A DNA stretch of 64,000 nucleotides from Candidatus Omnitrophota bacterium (GTDB lineage Bacteria; Omnitrophota; Gorgyraeia; Zapsychrales; Fredricksoniimonadaceae): contig CAIOPG010000007.1 in NCBI GenBank assembly GCA_903860135.1, positions 2,100 through 66,099 on the forward strand, in the 5' to 3' direction. The notes under the pieces are model-generated. The model saw only the letters and a program-made list of their open reading frames with translations, ran no database searches and had not been told where the DNA came from. Shown one piece after another: positions 55,521 through 64,000 of this stretch. The translations under genes and the position numbers were made by a program. Within the stretch, counting starts at the first letter, position 1. Each line of letters begins with the position of its first letter.

Positions 55521-56579
55521 ATGCAAGAAAAAAATCTTATTAGCAGGATCGAGCAGGATCTCGCGGCATTAAAGATGGGCGTCAAGGATACTCCCGGCCG
55601 GTTGGATTCGAAGTGGGATTCTCTTTTATCGACAGAACCCAGGAAGTTCATTAATGAAGATTTGACGATCAATTTGGAAGGACTACGCAATTTTCGTCGT
55701 GATATTGTTTTTATTTCTGATACGCCTGTTCATGTCAAGCCGGGGTTGGGAACGATCAAGGCGCTCCTGAGCGGGGGGCATCGGGGGGAGCGCCGGTTGT
55801 TGAAGGATGCTTTTGCAGGGATTGATAAAGAAGGTCTTTTACCATTATTAAAGAAGTTCCCTTGTAATGGCGTTGGGAATCCTAATATTTGTCGGCACAA
55901 GGGGTATCAGTTTACTTTACGATGGCTGCGGCACATTTATTTAACAGGGACATTGGGGCGTCATACAGGCGATCGCTTGAATGCCGAGTTTTTTCATCTG
56001 GATGTTGGATCAAGTTATGGGCTTTTTGAGCATCTTTTGAAAATGCAATATTCCGGCGGGCATTCTATCCTTGTCGATTTTCCAGAGCAGCTGGTACTGG
56101 CGCATTATTATTTGGGAATGTCGTTCCCGGAGGCGAAGATCGCAGGGTTTCAGGAGGTTCTTAAGGCACAGGCTTTAGGGCGTGATTTCTTGAGAAAGTA
56201 TGATTTTATTTTGGTGCCCTGGTTTATGTATGAAAAGATTAGCCCTCAAACGATCGATCTTTTTACGAATTTTGCATCTTTTGGAGAAATGAAGAGAGAA
56301 TGGTTTGATTATTATTTAAAGAAAGAGCCGTTCTTAAGTGCCAGGATTTTTTATTGTGTTAACCGGTTTCAATCGGCGCCAACCTATGACACTGACTTGA
56401 CGATCCTTGATTATCCTTTGGCTCAATTTGAAAAGAAGCAATTTAGAATATCCCCTTTCTTTAGTCATACGTATCAGCGCAAGGCGGTCTTTTTTTGTGC
56501 AAAGGTTCCATTTTCATCGCAATATTTTGAGTTCGTCGGTGTTCAAAATAGTGGCGCAACAAATATGAGGAATAGATGA
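55521..56579 (+). CDS. Putative sugar O-methyltransferase
   Basis: DVGSSYG, LVDFPE and NFASFGEM motifs. Confidence 0.7.
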   Translation: MQEKNLISRIEQDLAALKMGVKDTPGRLDSKWDSLLSTEPRKFINEDLTINLEGLRNFRRDIVFISDTPVHVKPGLGTIKALLSGGHRGERRLLKDAFAGIDKEGLLPLLKKFPCNGVGNPNICRHKGYQFTLRWLRHIYLTGTLGRHTGDRLNAEFFHLDVGSSYGLFEHLLKMQYSGGHSILVDFPEQLVLAHYYLGMSFPEAKIAGFQEVLKAQALGRDFLRKYDFILVPWFMYEKISPQTIDLFTNFASFGEMKREWFDYYLKKEPFLSARIFYCVNRFQSAPTYDTDLTILDYPLAQFEKKQFRISPFFSHTYQRKAVFFCAKVPFSSQYFEFVGVQNSGATNMRNR

Positions 56580-57496
56580 CTCATAAAGAAATCTTGAATA
56601 AGTTATATTCTGATTATTATGGGACTGCTGGGGAGTCTATTAAGGGGGGTGTTATAAGCAGTCATTGGGAAAAGTATGCAACACTCACAAATGTGTTTAT
56701 AAACAAAGGGATTTATAGCCTTTCTGGTGTTGGTTTTGGAAATTTTGTGTCGAGCAATTCGTTAAGGGCACTAAAACATTTTTTGCCTAACCGCCGTGCA
56801 CAGTCGTTACTTAATAAATTCCATGTGGACGGTAAAATACAATCGGCGGGGTTTAATGTTGCGAAAAAATCCAAAAGAGAAGTGGATTTTGATTGTGTGA
56901 AGCAAATGTTAAGCGTTGATTTGATGAATAAGCATGAAGTTCTTAATAAAGCTAAGACAATTGTTGTTATCGGAGATGGTTACGGGTATATGACGGCATT
57001 ATTAAGAACAATAGTGCCAGAGGCTAAGATTATTTGTATTAATTTAGGGCGGGTTTTGTTTTTTGATGTTTATTATGTTGGAAAAAATTTTCCGAATGAA
57101 AAGTATGCTTTAAATTCAATCGGGCATAAGGATCAGCGATTAGTTTTTTGGGAAGCTGAGAATTATCAATCATTGGGCGCTCTGCCGATAGATCTATTTA
57201 TCAATATTGCGTCTATGCAAGAAATGAATATGGATGTCATTCGCAACTATTTTAAGATCATGCGGGCCAGTGCGGGAGATGGATATTTCTATTGTTGTAA
57301 TCGTGTCGAAAAGGCATTGCCCGATGGCGCGATTATTCGATTTGATGCATATCCATGGGAAAAGAAGGACAAGGTTATGCTAGATGAATTGTGTCCATGG
57401 TATCAAAAGTTCCCCATACTGTATCCGCCATTCTGGAAAAACTTTGATGGACCATTACAGCATAGGTTGGTGAAATTGTTGCGACATTTTGGGTAA
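56576..57496 (+). CDS. Putative sugar O-methyltransferase
   Basis: SSHW, IGDGYG, NIASMQEM and YCCNR.EK motifs. Confidence 0.7.
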   Translation: MTHKEILNKLYSDYYGTAGESIKGGVISSHWEKYATLTNVFINKGIYSLSGVGFGNFVSSNSLRALKHFLPNRRAQSLLNKFHVDGKIQSAGFNVAKKSKREVDFDCVKQMLSVDLMNKHEVLNKAKTIVVIGDGYGYMTALLRTIVPEAKIICINLGRVLFFDVYYVGKNFPNEKYALNSIGHKDQRLVFWEAENYQSLGALPIDLFINIASMQEMNMDVIRNYFKIMRASAGDGYFYCCNRVEKALPDGAIIRFDAYPWEKKDKVMLDELCPWYQKFPILYPPFWKNFDGPLQHRLVKLLRHFG

Positions 57497-57514
57497 AAAA
57501 GAGTAGGTGATATA

Positions 57515-58468
57515 ATGCTGAGGTCAAACATGATCCCCAAGAACAATGACATGCGTTTTGAGGTTTCAACGAAATGTAATTACAGGTGTGTGATCTGTCC
57601 GCATGGCAGTCTGACACGGGCGAAAGAAACCATGAGTCTTGAGGTTTTTAAGAAAATCTTTGACCGGCTTGTTACGGAGACCGATCAGTATGAAACATTG
57701 ACGTTCCCTGGTATGGGAGAACCTTTGCTTGATCCGACGCTCGAAGAAAAGATCGCGTATGCCAGGCAACGGAAGCCGGGGATCGCCGTTCTTATCTTGA
57801 CCAATGGATCTTTGTTGACGTTAAAGAAGTTCAAGGTTTTTGAAGCGTTGGGGGTGGCATCGATACGGGTCAGCCTTTATGGGACAGATCCCGAAAGTTA
57901 TGGGCAGGTTCATGGTATCAATGGTCAGGAGATGTATCCCCGGATCGAGGAAAACCTTCTGGCGATCTGCCGCGCAAAGACGATCACACAACTTTTGTTG
58001 ACGTATAATGTCGTCGACGGCAAGAACGACCGTGTTTTAAAGGAGTGGATCGATCTTTGGAAAGACAAGGTTGACCTTCTGGAGGTTTGGCGGCCGCACA
58101 ACTGGGTCGATTATAAGAAGTTTCGTCCTCTCCAATCGCAAATGACCAAGTCATGCGGCCGGCCATTCACAGGGCCGCTGCAGATCCAAGTCGACGGGAC
58201 AGTTAATATGTGTTGTTTCGACTTCGACGGAAAATTGACCATCGGCGATCTAAAGACACAGACGTTGGCCGAGATATTTGCCATGCCTTTTTTCCAAAAG
58301 ATCCAGCAGTGTCATGCGCGTGGTCTTTATAGTGCCAGCGGCCTGATTTGTGAGCACTGTGATCAACGCAACGCCGACAAGTCGGACACCATGATCTTTA
58401 ATTCGAAGTTCGATATCAAGGAGCGCGTGACACAGTTGTCAACAACGTACAAGAAGGTCAGGGAGTGA
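57515..58468 (+). CDS. Radical SAM protein with SPASM/twitch domain
   Basis: CNYRCVIC, GMGEPLL, and C-terminal C..PF...DG....CCFD...C..C. Confidence 0.9.
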   Translation: MLRSNMIPKNNDMRFEVSTKCNYRCVICPHGSLTRAKETMSLEVFKKIFDRLVTETDQYETLTFPGMGEPLLDPTLEEKIAYARQRKPGIAVLILTNGSLLTLKKFKVFEALGVASIRVSLYGTDPESYGQVHGINGQEMYPRIEENLLAICRAKTITQLLLTYNVVDGKNDRVLKEWIDLWKDKVDLLEVWRPHNWVDYKKFRPLQSQMTKSCGRPFTGPLQIQVDGTVNMCCFDFDGKLTIGDLKTQTLAEIFAMPFFQKIQQCHARGLYSASGLICEHCDQRNADKSDTMIFNSKFDIKERVTQLSTTYKKVRE

Positions 58469-59049
58469 CAGCGCATGTGTTGAAACATTGGTTCTTCTGG
58501 CAGGCGGGCCGTATTTATTGCCGATGGCGCGGGGTTTGTTTTGGGAAAGGCCTGCGGGTATATGGATTGCCGATCCTTTCTTGTCATGATGAGGCAAGGA
58601 TCATGCTGGGGGATGATGTTGTTTTGACAAGTGATCCGCGGATGAACATGGCGGGCATGTCGCGCCGGGTGACATTGGCCGCGCCGTTTGCGGGCGGCGA
58701 GATTGTCGTCGGCGATCATACAGGCTTGTCCGGGGTTGTTGTTTTTGCTGTCAGGTCGGTACGCATTGGCCGTCATGTGAATGTGGGTGTTAATGTATCC
58801 ATTTATGACAACGATTTTCATGCTTTAGATTGGAAAGCCAGGCGGGCCAATGATCTTTCACAGGTGGCGGTTGCGCCGGTGGTGATTGAGGATGATGCCT
58901 GGATCGGGGGCAATGCCATGATCTTAAAAGGTGTCCATATCGGACGAGGGGCTGTGGTTGGAGCCGGCAGTGTTGTAACGTCGGATATCCCTGCCGGTAC
59001 GGTGTGGGCGGGCAATCCGGCCAAGTTCATCAAAAAACTGCCAGCATAA
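58465..59049 (+). CDS. Left-handed beta-helix O-acyltransferase
   Basis: DNDFH and IEDDAWIG...GAVVGAGSVV..DIP...AGNPA motifs. Confidence 0.9.
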   Translation: MTAHVLKHWFFWQAGRIYCRWRGVCFGKGLRVYGLPILSCHDEARIMLGDDVVLTSDPRMNMAGMSRRVTLAAPFAGGEIVVGDHTGLSGVVVFAVRSVRIGRHVNVGVNVSIYDNDFHALDWKARRANDLSQVAVAPVVIEDDAWIGGNAMILKGVHIGRGAVVGAGSVVTSDIPAGTVWAGNPAKFIKKLPA

Positions 59050-60855
59050 ATGACATCGATCTTCTTCATCGACAGCCGCCAAGGCGCCCGGATCGTTCTG
59101 GATCGGGGTGTTGTCCCTTGCGCGCATGTCCTGCAGATCAAATATGATGCTAACGCTTCGGCTGCGCTTTTACTTCTGCAGGAGCGTATTCCGTCATTGC
59201 AGCTACTTTCTCCGGATCATTATGTTGAGGGCTATGAACGCAGGCACGCGGATCTTGTGGGGGCATTGAATCTTGCCAATAGCGGGGAGCCATCGTGGTG
59301 GGCGTTCGATCTGACCAATAAAAATCCAATCACGACACGCCTTTTTTATGCCATCTACCATGTACTTGTCATTAATAGGATCATAGACCGGGATACCCCG
59401 GAGTCCCTGTTTGTTGTGGCTGATGACATTGAGGCTTTTGAGCAGTTGCGCCGGCATTACCGCGCCTCTTCTACCGTGCAGCTCTTTTATCTAAGCACCC
59501 CCTATCCATGGGGAAAAGTATTGCAGCATTTCTTGCCAGTAGCCCCGATCTATCAATGCCTACGGGCATTGGCCGGGAAAGTCATCGCCCATGCCTCTCT
59601 TTCAAAATTACCTGCTGGCCAGAGGTCTTCGGTTGTGGTGATGTCGCTTTTGTATGATCCGGTCTTTAAGGGAGATAAGTATGAGGATGTTTATTTCGGC
59701 GGTTTCATCGATTTCTTAAGGAAGAGAAATATCGCTTTTATTTCGTTGATGGAGGTTTGTGCGCCATACCAACGGATGATGGCAAAGGCGCGGCGCTTTG
59801 GCCGTGAGGCGCATGTTTATCCCAAAGAATATTTCATTTCTGTCGGGCAGGTCATGACATGTTTAGGGCAAGGGTTGAAAGAGTTCTTCGGGCCGAGGGA
59901 GTTGACGGGCTCAACGATACTCGATGATCTGGATGTGCGGTACCTGGTAGAGCGCTTCTTGCAGTATGAACGTTCATCGACGCGATATGTTTCCAATCTT
60001 TTAATGCGGGAAGCTGTGAAAGGATTTGTCCGCAGGCAAGGAGCCCCGGATATTTTCTTTTATCCTTTTGAAAATCGGTCTTTTGAGAAGATGATGATTC
60101 TGGCCCTTCGTACAGGCGCGCCGGCCACCAGGATCACGGGGTATCAGCATGCGTCTTTTTCCGCACGGCATGTGAATTTTCTTTTGGCCGAAGGGGAGGC
60201 TGACATAACACCTTTGCCAGACAAGATCATGGCTTTAGGCGAAGCGACACGGGATATATTGGCCCGGATCGGGAAGTTTCCGCCCGCCATCCTGGAGGTT
60301 GGCTGTGCCTTGCGCGCGCGCCCGTTCAGTGGAGCCTTAAAACCACAGCGCGTGTTAAAAAATATTTTAGTGGCTTTAGCGACGAATATTGAGGAATATG
60401 TCAAGGTATTGCATTTCTTAAACCAGGCTTTTGATCCCGGCTGTTCGTATGTGGTGCGCCTCCGGCCGCATCCGGTGTTTCCTTTGGACGAAGCCCTGAA
60501 AATATGCGGCAGGATCGGGTTTAAATTTGAGGTTGATCGTGGCGGGCTTGAGGCGTCTTTGTCCTGGGCCGATGCGCTTGTTTATGTGCATTCCAGCCTG
60601 GCCATCGAAGGGCTGGCGCGTGGGATCCCGGCGGTCTGGCTCAGGACAGCCAGTGCGGCAAATCCGGATCCGCTGTTTGATTTCATGCGCTTCAAGTGGG
60701 CTGTTGATACTCCAGAGGCCATGATCCCGGTATTGGCGCAGATCAGTGCTTTATCTGAGATGGAATTCAAGGCGCGTCAAGAGGAGGGCGCTGGCTTTGC
60801 GCGTAAGTATATGTGTCCTGTAACAGAAGAAAGCATGGAGAGGTTTCTGGAATGA
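59050..60855 (+). CDS. Uncharacterised surface-carbohydrate protein, GT-B-like C-terminus
   Basis: DVYFG, FENRSFEK, GYQH, RPHP and SSLAIE motifs. Confidence 0.5.
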   Translation: MTSIFFIDSRQGARIVLDRGVVPCAHVLQIKYDANASAALLLLQERIPSLQLLSPDHYVEGYERRHADLVGALNLANSGEPSWWAFDLTNKNPITTRLFYAIYHVLVINRIIDRDTPESLFVVADDIEAFEQLRRHYRASSTVQLFYLSTPYPWGKVLQHFLPVAPIYQCLRALAGKVIAHASLSKLPAGQRSSVVVMSLLYDPVFKGDKYEDVYFGGFIDFLRKRNIAFISLMEVCAPYQRMMAKARRFGREAHVYPKEYFISVGQVMTCLGQGLKEFFGPRELTGSTILDDLDVRYLVERFLQYERSSTRYVSNLLMREAVKGFVRRQGAPDIFFYPFENRSFEKMMILALRTGAPATRITGYQHASFSARHVNFLLAEGEADITPLPDKIMALGEATRDILARIGKFPPAILEVGCALRARPFSGALKPQRVLKNILVALATNIEEYVKVLHFLNQAFDPGCSYVVRLRPHPVFPLDEALKICGRIGFKFEVDRGGLEASLSWADALVYVHSSLAIEGLARGIPAVWLRTASAANPDPLFDFMRFKWAVDTPEAMIPVLAQISALSEMEFKARQEEGAGFARKYMCPVTEESMERFLE

Positions 60856-61961
60856 ACATTAGTCATGTTTACATCAAGGGCGTGGCGTTCATGCGTTTCC
60901 TGGCGATGCGCTATGCGCCCTTTGGGGGCGATCGCTTCAAGGGGCGAGCGTACCTGGCAAGTTTGAACGTGACCGATAATTGTTGTTTAAAATGCGTGAT
61001 GTGCAATCAGTGGCAAACCACACATTCCGGGGAGCTAAAGACCGAAGAGTGGAAGGATATCCTAGCCCAGTTAAAGGCCGAAGGTATCCGGGAGATCAAT
61101 CTTACCGGCGGCGAGCCGTTGGTGCGCAAAGATATCTTTGATCTGATCGGGCATGCGCGGCAGCTTGGTTTGAACGTGGGGATGACCTCGAATGCTTACT
61201 TGATGAACAAGGCCAATATCGCCCGGTTGGTGGCAAGCGGCGTGAGTACCTTTAATGTGTCGATGGATGCTGTCGACGCAAAATATGATGAGATACGCGG
61301 CGTTGCGGGTGCGTACGCGCGGCTTTTGGCTGCATGTGAAGAGCTGGCGCTCAAGCGCAAGCAGGAAGGCGTGGCGGTTTATTTGTGTTTCTTGTTGATG
61401 AAAGATACGCTGGCGGATTATAAGGATGTCTTGGCACTGGGAGAAAAGCTTGGTTTGCCGGTTGTGATCAATTTGTTTGATATTAACCCTTATTTCTTTC
61501 AGGTTGACGGTCAGAAAGAGCGTTTCTGGATCCAGGAAGCACAAGCCCAGCAATTAAAGACGTTCCAGAAATTCATGGTCGAGAATAAATCCTTGCGTGA
61601 TGACTTTACTTATCACAGTTTCAGCGAGATCAAGTACGCGGCGGATTACTTTAAAGACCCCCTGCAGAAAAGACTGCCCTGTTATGTTTCACAAACGCGG
61701 CTTTGCCTTGGGCCTAAGGGCGAGGTGTTCGGCGGTTGCTGGGCCATGGGGGTTTATGGGGATTTGCGCAAGACAGCATTGAAAGACATCCTTCGATCGA
61801 AAAGATTTATTGAAGCGGGCAGGAAAATGTTCCATAAACAGTGCCCGGGCTGTTCTTGCGGGTATTCGTTGAATCTGCGTTATGCGCCACGGCATATTCT
61901 TCAGGAGATGCTATATCGGATTTTGCCATGGACGCGCGATGCGATCGGCCGGGAGCAATAA
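60852..61961 (+). CDS. Radical SAM protein with C-terminal Cys-rich domain
   Basis: CCLKCVMC, TGGEPL and PC...GC...CPGC motifs. Confidence 0.9.
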   Translation: MNISHVYIKGVAFMRFLAMRYAPFGGDRFKGRAYLASLNVTDNCCLKCVMCNQWQTTHSGELKTEEWKDILAQLKAEGIREINLTGGEPLVRKDIFDLIGHARQLGLNVGMTSNAYLMNKANIARLVASGVSTFNVSMDAVDAKYDEIRGVAGAYARLLAACEELALKRKQEGVAVYLCFLLMKDTLADYKDVLALGEKLGLPVVINLFDINPYFFQVDGQKERFWIQEAQAQQLKTFQKFMVENKSLRDDFTYHSFSEIKYAADYFKDPLQKRLPCYVSQTRLCLGPKGEVFGGCWAMGVYGDLRKTALKDILRSKRFIEAGRKMFHKQCPGCSCGYSLNLRYAPRHILQEMLYRILPWTRDAIGREQ

Positions 61962-61965
61962 GAAG

Positions 61966-62901
61966 ATGGTAAAACTCGCATTTATTATTGCTACCAAAGA
62001 CCGTCAGATGGAATTGCGGCGGCTGCTCCAGAGCCTTCAAGGGCAGTCTTGGTTCCCCGATGAGATCATCATTGTGGATGCCAGCCGTGAGCCAGCCATC
62101 GACAGGTATGCGGGCGGAGAGGCCGGGGTATTGACAATCAAATACGCCCGGGCTGAGCGGGCATGCCTTCCGGCGCAACGGAACCAGGGGGTCGGCTTGC
62201 TCGGAGAGGATATTAACCTGGTTTGTTTCCTAGATGATGATATTGTTTTTTGCCCGGGGTCGTTGCAAGCGATGCGTGATTTCTGGCTGTCTGCGGACGC
62301 GGGTATTGCGGGGGCGGTCTTAAATATTGTTAATGAAAAGAAGCCGACAGCCGGTGTTTTCCTGAAGAAACTATTCGTAACCGGTGGCCCTGAGAGGGGA
62401 GCGGTTCTTTGGTCTGGTTACAACACATTGATGTGTCCGGCCTCCCACGATATGGTGGTGCAATGGCTGTTTGGAGGGGCAACGGTTTGGCGTCGGGCGA
62501 TCTTTAAGGAATTCCTTTTCGATGACTGGTTTGAGGGGACGGGATTATGCGAAGACCTTGACTTCAGTTATCGTGTGGGGAGAAAATACCGGTTGCACGT
62601 TGTGGCAGGAGCCAGGGTGGAGCATTTGACCGGGAATTCTGGTCGGCGTCGGAATGTATGGTTCGGGCGAAGCCAAATCAAGAATCGTTATTATTTTGTC
62701 AGGAAGAATAGATTGTCGGTGGGCTTGTTCCTTTGGGCGTCAATGGGGCAATTACTTGAGAATCTGGTATTGGGAATTGTATCGTTGGACAGGCATTATT
62801 TATTGCGCACCTGGGGGAATTGTGTGGGTTTCTTTGAGCTGATGAAGGTTGAAGAGGATGTGCGTAAACGGGGAATACGGGATAAGAGTATCCCGCATTG
62901 A
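61966..62901 (+). CDS. Glycosyltransferase family 2
   Basis: IIATKDR, IVDAS, FLDDD and EDLDFS motifs. Confidence 0.9.
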   Translation: MVKLAFIIATKDRQMELRRLLQSLQGQSWFPDEIIIVDASREPAIDRYAGGEAGVLTIKYARAERACLPAQRNQGVGLLGEDINLVCFLDDDIVFCPGSLQAMRDFWLSADAGIAGAVLNIVNEKKPTAGVFLKKLFVTGGPERGAVLWSGYNTLMCPASHDMVVQWLFGGATVWRRAIFKEFLFDDWFEGTGLCEDLDFSYRVGRKYRLHVVAGARVEHLTGNSGRRRNVWFGRSQIKNRYYFVRKNRLSVGLFLWASMGQLLENLVLGIVSLDRHYLLRTWGNCVGFFELMKVEEDVRKRGIRDKSIPH

Positions 62902-62937
62902 TGGATCACTTTTGCGGATAAATCGGAGGCAAGGTTT

Positions 62938-64000
62938 ATGTTCGTGCGCGTGACGAGTTATTTATGCCTTGGGGTTATAGCGATGGCGGTGTTTTTCTAC
63001 GTTATCTTTGGGTCTTCTTTCGCCGAACTTTCTGTTCAGTTGCCTAGGCTGGATTTCCCCATATTTATTGGTGAATTATTATTGTTGTTTTGCGTTATTG
63101 TTTTCATCGGGCATCTTGTGAAGGAGCCGGTGATGTTGAAGGGGTGGCACGCAGGGGCTATGGCCTATGCCGGCTGGGTGGTCCTTAAGGCTGTGGACGG
63201 GTATATCAGCGGCGGGTCTTATGGCTTACGGAATGCCGCTTTATTCTATTATCCTCTTTTTGCTTTGTTGACCCATCATTTCATAATGAAGATCAAATTA
63301 GCGAAGCACACACTTGTCTTGCTGGGCATCCCGTTGGCGATGGCGGCTGTTGCTCTTAGTGAGCCGGGCATGACATATCCTTTATTTATGACGGCGTTGT
63401 GCCTGGCAGGCTGTATTCCTCGACGACGGATTAAGTATTCATTTTTTATCATCATTATATCTTTGTTTGTTTATCGACTGATCCTTTTAAGCAGTGGGCG
63501 TGCTTGCCTGGTTGGTGTTGTAACAGGGGTTTTATTCCTGGGTTGGTATATGATGCGCATCCAGAAGGTGTTGCTGGAGAAGCAGGTGGTTCCGATACTG
63601 GCTGTCATCATCCTCGTTGGGGGGAGTTTATGGTATCTGGGGGACCGCAATGCCATCATATCCCTGATCAAGCCGCAGCAGATGTTTGCGGCGTATAATG
63701 CATATGACAAGATTGTGGATCAACAGCAGGCAGCTTTTGTTCCGTGTAAAATTTCTTCGAAGCTTTACCATAAGAATGAGGTGGTAGTTAGGGATATTGA
63801 TAAAGGTCGTTTAAATTCGAATGATCCTGAAATTATTAGCAAGAAAGATGTTATAGCTGTATCGGCAGTGCCAGTAGTTGCGTCGTTTGATCGTCATGAG
63901 AATAATGCAATAAATATGGTAGATGTGAAAAAAAAGGCTGTTGTCGTAGAAAGTGCCGATCAGACAAGAACACAACGTTCTGCCCCAGCCCCGTTTGTTG
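62938..64000 (+). CDS. Polytopic membrane protein, probably O-antigen ligase/polymerase family (3'-truncated by window; absent from ORF track)
   Basis: Frame from ATG 62938 (MFVRVTSYLCLG...DFPIFIGE...RNAALFYYP...SSGRACLVG) stays open to the window end. Multiple TMs, then a hydrophilic loop. Confidence 0.6.
   Translation, partial: MFVRVTSYLCLGVIAMAVFFYVIFGSSFAELSVQLPRLDFPIFIGELLLLFCVIVFIGHLVKEPVMLKGWHAGAMAYAGWVVLKAVDGYISGGSYGLRNAALFYYPLFALLTHHFIMKIKLAKHTLVLLGIPLAMAAVALSEPGMTYPLFMTALCLAGCIPRRRIKYSFFIIIISLFVYRLILLSSGRACLVGVVTGVLFLGWYMMRIQKVLLEKQVVPILAVIILVGGSLWYLGDRNAIISLIKPQQMFAAYNAYDKIVDQQQAAFVPCKISSKLYHKNEVVVRDIDKGRLNSNDPEIISKKDVIAVSAVPVVASFDRHENNAINMVDVKKKAVVVESADQTRTQRSAPAPFV

Overview
Bacterial DNA in which every credible gene (about 60) lies on the + strand. 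The window is almost entirely surface-glycan biosynthesis. (1) 1-4.1 kb: 3' part of an AbiEii-type nucleotidyltransferase, an AT-rich GT-C-like membrane protein, metF and a stand-alone receiver protein. (2) 4.1-24.6 kb: a Wzx/Wzy exopolysaccharide or capsule locus with a secreted Thr-rich protein, OM beta-barrel, short OPX/Wza, Wzc, an O-antigen-ligase-like protein whose helices appear permuted, a PPP phosphatase, a detached TPR protein, flippase, GH88/105, pyruvyl- and acyltransferases, Wzy, GTs and a priming transferase. A decayed toxin-antitoxin-like scar interrupts it at 21.4-22.2 kb. (3) 24.6-28.8 kb: PPIase-like lipoprotein, HAMP-only protein, HEXXH protein, AAA/DUF4143 ATPase with a palindromic operator, and a papain-like protease. 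(4) 28.9 kb to beyond the window end: a second, very large glycan locus. It has two ulosonic-acid pathways (neuB-HAD-SDR-ALDH-split transketolase, and pseB/pseC/pseI-GNAT with extra enzymes and no visible pseG), a CDP-6-deoxy/C-methyl sugar pathway, several methyltransferases, two radical SAM enzymes and orphan GT-like proteins. Best candidates for new biology: a possible nonulosonate chain-shortening pathway to a 3-deoxy-heptulosaric acid, the permuted and split ligase-TPR system, and a modified pseudaminic-acid pathway. I found no rRNA, tRNA, CRISPR array or intact transposase. All family assignments come from motif recognition by eye, not from database searches.
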